Counted from the whole stretch's first letter, positions 20,824 to 34,100 are shown. The stretch: 60,626 bases of DNA, filler included, from Stramenopiles sp. TOSAG23-3 (GCA_900128585.1; 12 parts of 12 records of this genome joined end to end with filler, not necessarily neighbours in it); one strand, 5' to 3'. Notes: generated by a model from the letters alone, not told the origin. Numbers and translations are program-made.

Positions 20824-21783
20824 ATGAACTTTGCCCGGTGTTTTGTGAACGGCGCGTGCCGCCACCGTTCGTTGAATCGCATCAAGCGTGTTCAAAATGT
20901 TCAGCACAAAGCGGGACGGGCGAGCGATGGTTCGGTGTTCAGTACATGCGCGCACCTGCAGTTGACGCGGACACTTAGTAGCAGTAGTAGCCGCAACCGG
21001 TACCCGGATTTCGCGGACGTCCCGACGGAGGAAGAGACGGACGACGTCAACGCCCTTATTTTGAGCAGTGGCGACGATACGGGCGCGTTGGTGTTGGGGT
21101 GGGACATGGCGCACAGGACATGGACCATGCCATCCTTGGAGGCGCACATGTACACCCTGGGGCACCCGAATGCCCCCTCTAGTTTGAAGGCGCGAAGCAC
21201 GTACAACTTGAAAGAGTTGTTGACCCTGGTGAACGAAACGGGGAAGAGCATGGATTTTTTCACGGGCCTTGCGCAGGAGCACATCGTTACCTTTTTAGAG
21301 CAGGCCACTGAACAAAACGACGACCTCGTTCACGTCCTGGACTTGGTCTCAGTCTGGTACTTTGCGTCCCCAGAATGCAGAAGGGTAGAGGGGGGGGGCG
21401 GCGACGCAGGGGACGCCACGGGGCCAGACCGGAAGGAGCTGACGCAGGCCCTGTTCAAACAGATCAAAGCCATCAATGCCAGCGACCGGACCGATGGGGC
21501 GTACTATAGCGGGGAGATGCTGAAAGGCCTGTGCGATTTGTACGGCGTGGACTTCGAAGAGGGCCAGCCCGACGGGTCGACAAAGCACATGCAAATAAAG
21601 AAGGGAGACGTGATACTCGACTTGCTGTACGAATCTACCGTCGCCGAATTTTTCAAGCAGGCAGACGAGTCGTTCTTAGCGCCTGCCGCCGAGGGCGACA
21701 ACAAAGTTCAGTTTGAAACGATCCAATCGTACTTTCAGAACGTGGGGGACTATTTGCTGCTGATGTCGGAAGAGATGCACTGA
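20824..21783 (+). CDS. Hypothetical protein, possible mitochondrial presequence
   Basis: 319-aa ORF with GC-rich coding composition against AT-rich flanks; Arg/Ser-rich N-terminus; no family recognised. Confidence 0.7.
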   Translation: MNFARCFVNGACRHRSLNRIKRVQNVQHKAGRASDGSVFSTCAHLQLTRTLSSSSSRNRYPDFADVPTEEETDDVNALILSSGDDTGALVLGWDMAHRTWTMPSLEAHMYTLGHPNAPSSLKARSTYNLKELLTLVNETGKSMDFFTGLAQEHIVTFLEQATEQNDDLVHVLDLVSVWYFASPECRRVEGGGGDAGDATGPDRKELTQALFKQIKAINASDRTDGAYYSGEMLKGLCDLYGVDFEEGQPDGSTKHMQIKKGDVILDLLYESTVAEFFKQADESFLAPAAEGDNKVQFETIQSYFQNVGDYLLLMSEEMH

Positions 21784-21864
21784 GCGGGCGTGGGGTTCTG
21801 CTTTAATACGTATCTACATAACATCCTATATCTAGTTTTACTGTTACAATGGCTATTCTGTTTA

Positions 21865-24800
21865 TTAGAAATCCTCGTCGTCGCTCGTGAAGTCGACCAC
21901 CCGTGCACCCTGCACCATGATGGGCGCTTTCAATTCCCCCATGCCCCGTCGCCCGCCTTCTCGAGAATTGAGCCCCCGGCGTTTGTTTTCTAGACGGGCT
22001 TTAATCTTCTCTCGGTGCCATGCCTGGTTTCGCTGCAGGGTGGCGGTCAGGCCTTCCACCTCCTTCTCATGCTGGTCGCGGATGGTCAGCACTTGCTGGT
22101 ACGCGGACGTGGTCTTTTGGGGCTGCTTCATGCCCATCGTTGCCGCGTGCCGCTGCGCCAGCATCGCATGCTTTTGCGCCAGCATCGACTGCCCTTTTTC
22201 GAACTGGGTCAGCCGCTGCAGCAAGGCCTCCCGCTTTGCAGCCTCGGCCTTGAGGGCAGCATCCTTTCGGGCCAACTCTGCCTTGAGGCGCTCCGCTTCC
22301 GACACGGTCGTTTTGGCTTTTAATTGCTCCTCGTAGAGCACCTTCTCCAGCTCCGCTCGCTTTCGCTTCTCCTCTTCCAGCTTGGCCTCCCGCTCCTCCA
22401 GCCTCGACCGCGCCTTGTCCATCGCGTCCATCGCACTCTTTCGCTGGGACGCCAGCTGCTGCCCCATCTCCTTCCGGATGGCATCGGTCTTCTTCCGAGC
22501 CTCCTGCATTTCCAGTATGAATTTCGTCTCCTTTTTCGCCAACTCCTTGGACGATTCCTCGGCAGAGCTGGCCTTGGACTCGTAATTCACCCGGAGTTGG
22601 CTCAGGTGGCTTTCCACGTCCTTGACGCGCTGCTCTTCTTTGTGCAACGCTTCCAGGAGCATGTGCATTCTCTTGTTGCGCTTGCTGGCCCGCTTTTTCA
22701 GCTTGTCCAGCTCGCCCTGGAGCTTCGCCTGCTCCGCCTTTGCCTTCTCCGACGTCTCGCTGACCTTGCTTTCCGCGCGTTGCTTCATCTCCTCCAGGGC
22801 GTGCTCGAGCTCGGCCCGGCGGTCGTTCTCTTCTTCCAGTTGCTGCTGGAGCACCATGCTCCGCTCCTCGTGTTCTGCGGCCTTCTTTCCGGTCTCGATC
22901 GCCTTTGCCCGCGCCTCCTCGGCCCCCCTCCGTTCCACGTCGAGCTGGCGCTCCATCTCCGACGCCATCTCCCCCGCGCGATTGTTCGTTTCCTCCAGCT
23001 GCCGCAGCAGCCGAGATTCCTTCTCCCTCGCTTTTTCGTTGCTTTCGGAGAGCTTGTCCGCTACTTCTCTCTGCACTTCCAACAGGGCCGTTTCCAGCCG
23101 CGTCCGGCGCTCTTCCTCCTTCTCCAGCTGGGACTTCAGGATCGAGGAGCGTTCTTGGTGGCCTTCGATCACGCGGCTCTTGACCTGGGCCTCCAGCCTA
23201 ACCTTCTCCAGCGCCGCCCTCTCATCCGCTATCCGCTTCTCCATCTCCGCTTCCATTGCCTTCCGTTTCATGTTGAGCTCTTCCAGCTGCGCTTCGAGCT
23301 CCCGCTCCTTCGCCTTCGCCCTCGTGCTAGTCTCGCTTACCTTGCTTTCTGCCTGCGCGTGGACCTCCCGAAGCGCTTTCTCCAGCTCTTGCCGTTTTCG
23401 GGACTCGGTCTCGAGCTGGGCCTGGAGCTTGCTGCTCCGCTCCGCGTGCAGTTCCATCGCTTTCGCCTTCTCGTGCGCCTCTGCCTGCGCCAGGATTGCC
23501 GCGGCGCGCTCTTCGCTGACGCGTTTGTGCATTTCTTCGGCCACCTCCTTCTCGCGCCGGTTGGACGTGTCCAGCTCCGCTTGGAGCCGCTCCTTTTCCC
23601 CCCTCGCCCGGTCCGACGTGTCACTGACCTTGCTCTCCAAATCCTTCTGCAAGTCCCGCATGGCCCGCTCGAGCTCCGCCCGCCTTGATCGCTCCTCCTC
23701 CAGCTCTGCGGATAGCTTGTTGCTTTTCTGCTCGTGCAGCCTCGCCTCGCTGTCCTTCTCGACGGCCTCCGCCCGGGCCTCCGCCAGCACCCTTCGTTCG
23801 GCTTCAATCTTCTGCTTCATTTCGTTCGCCATCTCGTGCGCGCGCAGGTTCGACTCCTCGAGCGCCTTCTGCAGGCGTTCCTGCTCCACTTTCGCGTGCT
23901 GACTCGTTTCGCTGACTTTGCTCTCGGCCGCCTGTTCTGCCGACGCAAGGGCGTGCTCCAGCTCCTTTCGTTTCTGCTCTTCCACCTCCAAGTCCCTCGC
24001 TATTTTCTCCATGTCCTCCCTGTACGCGCGCTCCCCGTGCTCCTTCGCGAGCTTCTCGGCGATCAGCTTCTCCTCAAGCTCTGCCTTTTCCAGCTGCAGC
24101 TGCGCTTCTTTCAGCTCCGCCTCGGCGATCGCGTCCTTGGCCTGCTGAGCATGCTCTTTGAACGCGTTTTGCTCGCCCTTGAGTGTCGACAGAAGCTCGT
24201 TTCGATGGGTGGGGCTTTGTTTCGGGGACAACGACTTCGTGCCCCCCTTTGGGCTCGCTTTCCCGCTCCACTCCCCGGTCATTTCCCAGAGCCCGTCGTT
24301 CAGCATTCGCGTCTTCATGCGTTCTGCCTCCAGCAAGCTCAGCTGCAGGGCCCTTTCCAAATCGCTCTCCTCGCGCTGCCGCTGCCTTTGCTGCTCTTCC
24401 TGGGACACCTTGTAAATCGTCTGGGACTCTGCCAGGATGCTCGGGTCAATGCCGTCGGGGTCCGAGGGCGTTCCCCGTGCGTTCGCCGACAGCCTGGGCT
24501 TTGGGATCTTCCCGCCGCCCTTCTCCTGCCCCACATGCTCCTTGTTGTAGGCCTCCGAGAGCTCCGACTCGTACTCTTGGAGCCGCTTCAAGTCTGCTAT
24601 TAGCACGGTGACCTGCGTGGGGTTCGTGAGCAGCGCGTTCATGGACGACGAGGAATCCGGGGAGTTCTCGAAGCACTCTACGATTTGTTTGGACGACGGC
24701 TCTCCGCCGGTCTCCTTCACCAAATCGTACATGCGATTCAGGAGGGTCCCAGGCATGCGAAACTGGGAGCGGCGGCACTTGGCCTTCTGCTTCGTAAGGT

Positions 24801-25253
24801 CATCCGAGATTTCGTCCACGGTGCGCTCCTTCGCGCTGCCGGTCATCTGGGGCCTCGGAATCCTGGTCCGCTTCGCCTCCCCACACATGTCGCACTTGCG
24901 CACATTCCCCGGGTTCAGGAACGTGCACTTTGCGCACGCCCACTGCGCCCCCTCGCCCTTCCCCGACTTGGTTTCTTCCGCACCAGGCGTGTCCCTCAAG
25001 TAGTCCGACGCGGACAGCTTGTCATGCTTCACCTCATCCCACCGGCGGTTCATCATTCCTGCAAACTCCTCGAACGAGTCGAACGTCAACAGTTTCCGAA
25101 GCACGTCCTTGACGGCCGCGTCCCTGGGCCCCCGATCTCGCTCTTTCAGTCGTTCCTCGCACGCACGAGCAAACGTTTCGTCGTCCCCCCCGAGATCCCT
25201 CAGGACGGTTGCCACGCAGGTGTCCACCAACTCTTTGAACCGGTGCCATATAT
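21865..25253 (-). CDS. Coiled-coil protein with partial BART (ARL2-binding/CFAP36-like) domain, RanBP2-type zinc finger, UIM and 96-aa tandem repeats; probably 5'-truncated
   Basis: LLTFDSFEEFAGMMNRR (end of BART); WACAKCTFLNPGNVRKCDMCG (zf-RanBP2); EESDLERALQLSLLE (UIM); ESKVS(E/D)TS recurring every 96 aa. Confidence 0.75.
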
Positions 25254-25353
25254 NNNNNNNNNNNNNNNNNNNNNNNNNNNNNNNNNNNNNNNNNNNNTTA
25301 ATTAATTAANNNNNNNNNNNNNNNNNNNNNNNNNNNNNNNNNNNNNNNNNNNN

Positions 25354-28300
25354 CGAAGAAGGAAGAGGAGCTGAAGCAGTTCCTCGACCAAGAAAGGGAA
25401 GAGCTGGAGAAAGAGAAGGCCGCCCAGGCGATGGCCCAGCAAGAGGCGGAGGAGATGCTGACCCACGCGCAGGACGAGCTCCTGGACATGGAGACGGACG
25501 CCGAGAAGATGAAGCGTGAGAACGACTCGCTCGTGGAGCAGCAGCTGGAGGAACAGAAAGAGATGGCCGTCCAGCTCGTCGAGGAGGAGCGCGAGAAAGC
25601 GGAGCTGACCATCAAGCGGCACATCGAGCACGAGAAGCGGCGCCACGAGGAAAAGTTCCGGGTGACGGAGGAGCGGCTGGGGCAGGTAGAAGAGAACGAA
25701 GCCCGGGACCTGGAGTCCCTCAAAGAGCTGCACGAAGAGAAGGTGGTCGAAATAAAGCACGAAATTTCCCGCACCAAGCGGATGCACGACGCCGCGCTGG
25801 AGGCCAACAGGGAGATTATTACCCGAAAAGAGCGGGAGTTCGAGGAGGTGATGTACCGCACGAAGCGGAAGCAGGAGGAGGAGATTTTTGAGTTGGAGTC
25901 TAAAGTAAGGAAGCTGCAGCTGGAGCAGGGGGCGAAGAAACTGTTCAAGAGCTCGGGGAAGGCGAAGTTCGAGGAGGCAAAGCACGCCCTGGAAGAGAGG
26001 CGGCGGCAAATAGAGAGCGAGCGGAAGCAGAAAGAGCGGGACCACAAGGGGGAACTAAGCAGGCAAGCGCAGGAGCACCGGCGGCAAGAGGACCGGCACA
26101 GCGACACCGTGAAGCAGCTGGAGGGCAAGCTGCGCAGGGTGAAGAAGGAGAACGAGCGCGAGTTCGACCAGCAAACGAGGAGGCTGGAGCAGAAAAAGCA
26201 GCAGCACCGGCAGGAGCTTGAGCGGGCAAGAAAAGACCACGACAAGAACATAGAGCGGATCACGGCAGAGAAAAAGAAAGAAATGAAAGAGGCAAAGAAG
26301 GCGCACGACGAGCACCTGAAAAAAACGAAGACCGACCTGGCCAACTCGAGCGACCCCGACAGCATCCTTAGTTCAACCCTGGGGGGCAAACACAACGCCG
26401 TGTTGAAGCACGGCATGAAGTGGAAGTCCAAGTCAAAGGTAAGGTCCGTGGAACGGAACGCGGCCGACATACTCAAGGAGAAAGAGGAGGAGCACCGGCA
26501 GCACCTGCAGAAACTGAAGGAGGAGAGGGAAAAAGAGATCCGCGAGCAGCAGCAAGCAGAGAAGGTGTACCGAAACGCGCAAGAGATGCTTTTAAAGAAG
26601 CACATGGCACACGTCGAAGAGGAGCACAGAAGGAAGCGGCAAATGGAGGAACGGGAGATCGCGAGGATCAAGAAGGAGCACGACGAGTTGCTCAAGCAGC
26701 AGCAAAAGACGCACAGCCACGCGTTCGACAAGGCCTTGAAGGAAAACGAAGAAACGATGCGCGAGTTCAGTAACCAACACGAGGAGAAACAGCGCGCCCA
26801 CAAAGCGGAAGTGGACAGGGTGAAGGAAGAGCACGAACGGCGCCTCAAGGAAAAACATTTGGAGAACGAGCGGGCGATTGAGCAGGTCAGACAAGAAAAC
26901 GCCGCCGCAGTGGCGCAGGCAACGCGAGAGCACGGAATCAAGATGAAGTTCATCATGAAGCTCAACGCCGCCGCAGACCGGAAGACCAACATGGTGGCGC
27001 GCCTGGGAAGGTCCTGGAAGCACAACGTCTCGAAGAAGAAGGCCCGGGAGGAAGGGTTGAGCAAGGCCAGGGAGACCGAGGCAAAGATGAAAGAGAGGGA
27101 GAAGCAGATAAAGGAGAAAGAGAAGGAACTTGCGGACAACCTGAAACGCCAGAAAGAGCACTACGATGCCGAAGTAAGGAAGCAAAAACTAGAGGAGGAG
27201 AATTACCGGAAAGAGCAAGACAGGATCTACAAACGGGACCTTGTCCGCACCGAGGAGATGCTGCGCAAGAAAGAGGCGGAGCAGGAGGGGGAGCTGGAGC
27301 GGGCCAAGCGGGAGCACGCCGAGCTGCTGGCAAAGCAGGCGGCCAGCCACAGCCACCAGTTCGACAGGGCCCTGCAAGAGAACGAGGAAAAGTTGAAGAA
27401 GTTCCAAGAGCTGCACGACCATAAGCAAGAGAAGCACGCAGAGGCAGTGGCGAAGATGAAGGAAGAGCACGACCGCCACATTCGCGAGAAGCATGAGGAG
27501 TCCCTCCGCCTGGTCCGACAGGCGAAGGAGGAGAACGAGGCCGCCGTTGCCCAGGCGAAACGGGAGCACAACCTCAAGATCAAGTTCATGAACAAGCTAA
27601 ACAAAGTGGCAGACCGGAAAGCGAACATGGTCGGGGGACTGGCCCGAAAGTGGAGGGGCATCTCACAGAAGCGCACCGCAGTGTCCAAGGCGCGCGAGGA
27701 GGCGATGGAAAAGATTCGAAAAGCAGAGAGCCACCGGCTGGAAACGGAGACGAAGCTAAAAAAGCGGGAAGACGAAATGCGCGAGGAACTCCGGAAGGAG
27801 CAGGAGAAAATGCTCCAAGTCATGCGCGAGGAGGAGGAGAAGCGCTTGAACCTCGAGAAGAAGCTGCAGAAGGACAAGGACACCCTGGTGGAGCTCCACA
27901 AGAAAGAGCAAGGGAAATCGGCCTTCAACAACACCCTAAGCAAGTGGAAAAACCGAAGCAAGGAGAGGCAGCGCAAGATCGAGATGGAGGAGGAGCGGAA
28001 AAAGGCGGACCGGCGCATTAAGCAGGAGGAGGAGGACCGGAAAGCGTTGGAGAAGAAGCTGGCCAACCAGGAAGACAACATGCTCCAGCAGGAAGCTGCG
28101 ATGAAGAAAAAGGACGAGGAGATGAAGCGAAAGAGCGCGGAAATGGAGAAGAAGATGAAAGAGATGAAGGAGCAGGAGAAACAGATCCTCAAAATGCAGG
28201 CGGAGCAGAAAAAGCTTACGCAAAAACGGAAGGAGCAGGAGGAGGTGCTCGAGAAAGTGAGGGAAGAGAAGGTGAAGCAGGAAAAAGAGCTGGCAAAGGC

Positions 28301-30281
28301 GCGGGAGGCACAGACGAAGATGGAGCAGGACGCGAAGAAGAAGCAAACCATGATCGAGCAGCAGCGCAAAGACGCGGAGGAGGCGCGGAAGCTCGCGGCG
28401 GAAGCCCTGGAGAAGGAGAAGAGCGTGATCGGGGCGAAGCTTGAAGCGCAGCGCCAAAAGATGCTCAAGTTGGAGGCGCAGCACGGGAAGTCCGAGCGGG
28501 CGAAGCTGCTCCTGGAGGCAGAGAAACACGAGGAGCGAAAGCTGTTCGAGCTGTTCGAGAAGACGGAGAAGCTGGCCAAGGAGAAGCTCGAGGAGGAGCA
28601 CAAGAAAGCGCAGCAGCTGCTGACGGAGGAAAAGAAGGACAAAAAAAGGCTCCTGGAGGAAGAGAGGGCAGTGGCCAAGCGCATCGTCGAGAAAGAGAAA
28701 GAGATCGCGCGCGCGCAGATCAAGCAGGAGCAGGCCGCGGCGGAGGCCGAGATTGCGAAGGAGAAGGCGAAGGCCCAGGAAGAGATCCTGAAGATTCAAA
28801 AAATGAAGAAGGATGCCCTGGAGAAAGCCGCGGCGGCCGAGAAGAAGGCGAAGGGCATTGCCGTGAAAGCGAAGATTGGGGGGCGGATCGGGAACAAGCT
28901 GATGATGAAGAAGCTGAAGAAGAGCAACCTCGTCATGAAGTTCGCGCAGAAATGGAAGAAAAAGTCCGACCTGAGCGCGGCCCTCGGGAAGATCGAAAAA
29001 ACCCTGGAGCTCGAGCGCAAGCGGGAGGCGTCCCTTCGCACGCGGGCGGAAAACATGGAAAAGCACCTGTTCGAGCGGGACAACCAGCTCAAGGAGGCTA
29101 ACCTGAAGATAAAAGAGCTCGAAGAAACGAAGCTCAAGGCGATGACGGAGGAGCACGCTGCCGAAATCAAGACCCTGACCGAGGGCTTCGAGCGGAAGCA
29201 CGACGAGACGACGGAGAAGCTGGAAGGGGAGCTGCGGACGTTCCAGGCGCGCGCGGAGGAGTGGAAGGCTGCCGTAGGCGCGGCGGAGACCCGAATGAAC
29301 GACCTGGAGAATGAGACGAAGGAGACCATTGCCAAGCTGGTGAAGAAGATCGAAGCCAAGAACGACCTGATGCACCGCGCCCGGATCCGCGTCGCAAAGC
29401 TCGAGGCGGAGCGAAACGTCCTTCGACGGAAGATCGACGAGTTCCGCTCCCGGGAGGCCACGCTAGCGGAGGAGGCCGCGACGGAGGCGGAGCGGCAGGT
29501 GAACGCGCTGAGCGAGCTTCGCCGGCAGGTGGAGAAGGACGCAGAGGACCTGGACATGAACCGGGGAGTCGACCCTGACTTGCTCCTGGCAAACGGTTCG
29601 GGCCGGCTGAACCAGAACAACGCGTACCAGAACACCACGTACTCGTTCTCCGGCCTGGGCAGGGGCTCGCGCGGGCACCACCGCGCGCTGGTCGGGACCG
29701 ACAGCGTGCTCGACGCTGCGATCCGCGCAGCGCCGCTCCCTTCAAGGTCACGGGGCGCGTCCCCCGTTTCGCCGCCGAGCGTTTCCGACGCCCGCGCCAC
29801 CGCGGCGGGCAACGCTTCCCCGTACGCCACGGTGCCCGGGGCAGCGATGGAAACCAAGGAACAGCTTGAAGTGAGCCAGAAGCGGCGGGAGGAGTACACA
29901 AAAATGGCCTACTTGGACCGGCTGCAGTCGCAGGTGGCCCAGGCGCGGGCAGAGGTGAACGTGGCGAAAGAGGCCATACGGCTGCAAAGCATACGGAGCA
30001 ACAGGTCGCGGATCGACCCGTCCTCGCCGACCAGGCTGAGCATCGGGGAGCGGCTGCTTCAGCACCGAATGGAGGTCCCCCTGATGGTATCGCCCTACGG
30101 GGATGGCAGCAGGGCCGGGAGCCCAGTGCCGCTGGAAGGCGAGGACCTGCTGTACGACGAGGTCATCGGCTTCGAGGGGAAGAGCGCGTTTGCCTCCGGC
30201 TGGGGGCCGGGTGGTCTCAGCGGAATGATGAGCACTGGGCAAGGGGCAAGAAGCATGAAAGGGTTTGGGTCGCGCTACTAG
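25354..30281 (+). CDS. Very large E/K/R/Q-rich coiled-coil or single-alpha-helix protein, 5'-truncated, with an internal duplication
   Basis: >1600-aa open frame; charged helical composition; duplicated HSH(A/Q)FD...REH...K.KF..KLN..ADRK.NMV block 212 aa apart. Confidence 0.85.
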
Positions 30282-30413
30282 CCCGACTTTGCTGGGGGGG
30301 GGGGGGGGGGGGGNNNNNNNNNNNNNNNNNNNNNNNNNNNNNNNNNNNNNNNNNNNNTTAATTAATTAANNNNNNNNNNNNNNNNNNNNNNNNNNNNNNN
30401 NNNNNNNNNNNNN

Positions 30414-30623
30414 CTTCTTCTTCTTCTTCTTCTTCTTCTTCTTCTTCTTCTTTCTTCTTCTTCTTTTTCTTCTTCTTCTTCTTCTTTCTTCTTCTTCTTC
30501 TTCTTTCTTCTTCTTCTTCTTCTTCTTTCTTCTTCTTCTTTTTATTCTTCTTCTTCTTCTTTCTTCTTCTTCTTCTTCTTCTTCTTCTTCTCCTTCTTCT
30601 TTTTCTTCTTCTTCTTCTTCTTC
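30414..30623. repeat. (CTT)n microsatellite at contig end
   Basis: Seen directly. Confidence 0.95.
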
Positions 30624-31108
30624 GAGAAACGAGAACCACAATAAATTTATGTCCTGAATATGTATTATAATGTTTTTTCCATCAACTCTTCTAGAATTTA
30701 CTTTTGAACTCACAGGAGAGATCGTTGACCCCTAGTAGTTGCTGACTGTTCTCCTTGTCGACTCGGTCTTGTTCCTCAAATTACGTTTTGGCATGAAAGA
30801 GCCGGAAAGAGTCATATTATACGTACTGCTGCCTGCCCCCCCCGTCCTCGGTTCATCTTTCATCTCAGGATCTGAGGTTAAAAAATGATTCAAAAAGTAT
30901 AGTAATAGCATTCCTATATAATAATGATTATAAGTACAACATACGGGTTTTGTCTCGGGTGCTTCCCCCGGCTGAACTGCCTACCCGTTCTTGTCCGCGT
31001 CCAGGTCTTCGAAATCTTTCCAGATCTCTTGAATCTCTTGATCGTCGGTCTTTCGGAGCCTGCACAACTGCAAGAGCGTGAAACCGAGGACGATTCTGAC
31101 CAAATGAG

Positions 31109-34100
31109 TCAGTCCGCAATTTTAAAATATTGCAATCGATATTCAGACGGGAACTTTCCCCTTTCGCCCTCTGTTTCCTGTTGAGTGAAATTCACGTGAG
31201 GATTATCTTTCAAACAAACTTTCCATCGCTCTCCCCAGCAAATTACGGCTGGGCTGTCATCATCAATGTACGTCGTCCCGATAGACGTTTGTACGGCTTC
31301 GCATTTTACTTTATGATAAGTACAGACGAGAGCAGAGCGTTCCTTGTTGACATAAGTTTGAATTTTGCAGACCGGTAATTGGCCGTTGTTCATTACGGTG
31401 AGGTTAGATATGTTGTAATTGTCTATTGGTAACGTGAGCACGCCAGCAAAGTCTTCAAAGTAAACTTCCGGGATGGAGCCGGATAAGTTTGTCCCATGCG
31501 CCAATATGCAGTCCATTTGGACTGCCCGCGAGGGGGGTATCCGAGGAAGTGTTCCGTGGAGGAACGGGTTCGCTTGCACACGAAACACTTTAAGATTGTT
31601 GTTCATCAAAAGCTTTCTCGGTATAGTGCCATTCAGATTATTCCGACGCACATCAAACAATCTCAAATTCGACATGTTCCAGCGAGGCAGGCTTCCGAAC
31701 AGGTTTGATTCTCGAACGCTAAAATCTACCATACGTGGAGTCCACAGCTCGTAGTCTGGGTGGATGTACCCTGGGCTGCCAATCTTTGCGAGGGACAGAA
31801 CATGCTCTAATGTAGATATTTTAGGCGGAAATCCAACAGAATTGAAGCTAAAATTCTTATTGTCCGCGTACGATAAATATACTTCGCTCACGTTCCACAA
31901 AAATTGCGGGAAACTGGCGTTGACCGATGTGTCCCGGAGCAAAATACTTATGAATTCGTACTCGCCAAAACAATCTGGAAAGTGGTCTATTGGGTCGTGC
32001 AACGACATTTTGGAGAGAGCCAAGTGCCGCAACGTTGTAAAGGAGCAAAAGAACCCCAAAGTGAAATTTTTTTCCATGCGCATAACGTCGTCCGGTCGGA
32101 TGTGAAACATCACCACTTCCGATCTTGATTCTCTTAAAATCGTAAAAGGAAATTTAGTAATAGGGACGTACCTGTAGACGACCAGCCTTTGTTGGTTGCC
32201 CGTTAGCCTGGTCGTTAAATTGTGGTTCCTTGTCTCAATGAAATCCGAAAACTCGCTGTCAAACGTAGAAATTCCGTTGTCTCGCAAATCGATGACTTCT
32301 AATTTGCCCCATTTCGATGCGTAATCGTTCTTTTCATCGTCAGCCTCTACCCTTGCCCTGAACATTGTCTGAAATTTGTTGTATGACAAATTTAAGTATT
32401 TTAAGTTTTCGAACTTGTTTAAAATTTCAACCACAACAGTTCCCTGTGATAAATCATTTACGCTAAGATCCAACCGGCTTACAGCCGGAAAGTTTTTCTT
32501 CAAAAACAACAAGGCATCGCAATTTTCAAAGGTATCGCAGCGCGAAAACTCGGCATTCACTTGTTTCCCATTTGCCCGCCGACCCCTCCAAACGATAGAA
32601 CGTTCAGCCGGGTTCCCTCGAACGTCCAAGGCAAAGGAGTTTTTCCAATCTAATGCAAGAATCTCCCTCGGAATTCCCGTTGACGATATTTCATTGTGGG
32701 AAAGCCCCAAATACTCAAGCTTATCGAATCCTCCTATACAGGGCGTTAATTTTTTAATGTTGCAATTCGACGCATTTAAGAAAATTAAAGAATGGCGCAT
32801 ATGCTGGCAAATGAACGCGGTCGGGAACGAGTGCTCGTCGTCTTCATTGTTCACATTTCTATCGTTCAGAATCAACTTACTTTCTACAGGATTGCCGGAC
32901 AAATCTACACGCTTTAAACTCTGCAACAGAAGCAACCCCGTGGGAAGCGCTGTTAGCCCGTTGCCAGTAAGCTCCAGTCTTTCCAAGTTCACGCATTTGC
33001 CGATGTCCTCAGGAATAGAGGCTATGGGGAGACCATGGACCTTAATCTCTAAAATGTTTTCGTACCCACACGAGAATTCCCCCGAGAAACCGCCCAACGT
33101 CATTTTCTTTGGAAAAGCATTTTGCCACAAGAGCACACCTAGCTCACCGCTGCACTTGTCGTAGGTGATCGCAAGGCGGATGGAAGTCCAGCAAATGAGC
33201 GCGGTTCCCACCAGGATGATTAACCAAGAAGTGATGGTCTCAAAGAGCGCCTCTCCTCGAGTCAACGCTTGAAGGACCTTACTGCTGTGGCGCTTTTTCG
33301 ATACCTGCCTGCTCAGGTGCCTAACAAGGTTGGATTGTCTTGCTTGCGCTTCCTTCTGACTCTTCTGCAGGATGTTCTGCATGATGGAGGCCACACGCAT
33401 TAGAATGGACACAACTGGGAACAGGGTCAGTAAGTTCACGAACCAGGTGGTTTTACGGCCTTTCAGCGGCTCGCCTCCTCTCCACAGAGTAATGAACAAG
33501 TAATTCAAGTCAAGAACGCTGTCAACAATGTACACCATGAACTTACCATAATTTCTGGAACACCGATGACGGAGTAGAATCAAAAGAGGCGATACGACTA
33601 CATTGGCCAGCATCACGACGAGCGCAAACGTCGTATACAATAAGTTTGCAGTAGAGAGAAACTCGGTGAACCCAATGAACTGTATTATAATTTCGATCAA
33701 TTCCATGATAAACGTTTTTTGGAAAAAAAACTTTCCTCGGCGCAATCCAAAATTGTCCATGTAAAACTTTTGGACTCGAAATACCACACTGTTGTTTCCA
33801 ATTAAAAGGCCCGAGGAGCTGTTTCTGTTCACCGATTGCCTTTCCGATCTCCCCATTAAGAAGGTCACGCCTCTCAAGATAGAAGAAAACTGCAAAATTG
33901 CAAAATACGACGATACGATTCCGAGGAAACAGTGGCAATATATCCACCAGTATTCACTTCTAGCTTCAAACTTGTCCGCTACAAGCCTTTCTTTCCGTGC
34001 ACTGAACCAAAACATAACTGCCCCAAGAAGCAGAGAAAGGCCGCCGCACACTGCAAGCCCGAGTTTCTCACGGGTTGTGATGGGTAAGTACGTAACCCTT

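Noticed and set aside
25230-25431. Divergent pair of giant coiled-coil genes as one system
   Set aside because: They are separated by a linker, so the adjacency is an accident of length sorting.
22324-29901. Long antisense ORFs (up to 613 aa) over the coiled-coil genes; also 1301-2605 over the ependymin-like gene
   Set aside because: Expected shadows of GC-rich, biased codon usage that lacks antisense stops; the translations are S/F/L-rich nonsense.
30358-30713. Poly-Arg/Lys/Glu ORFs, and similar ones at 45524, 47387, 49119 and 49429
   Set aside because: Translations of GAA/CTT/GAAA microsatellites.
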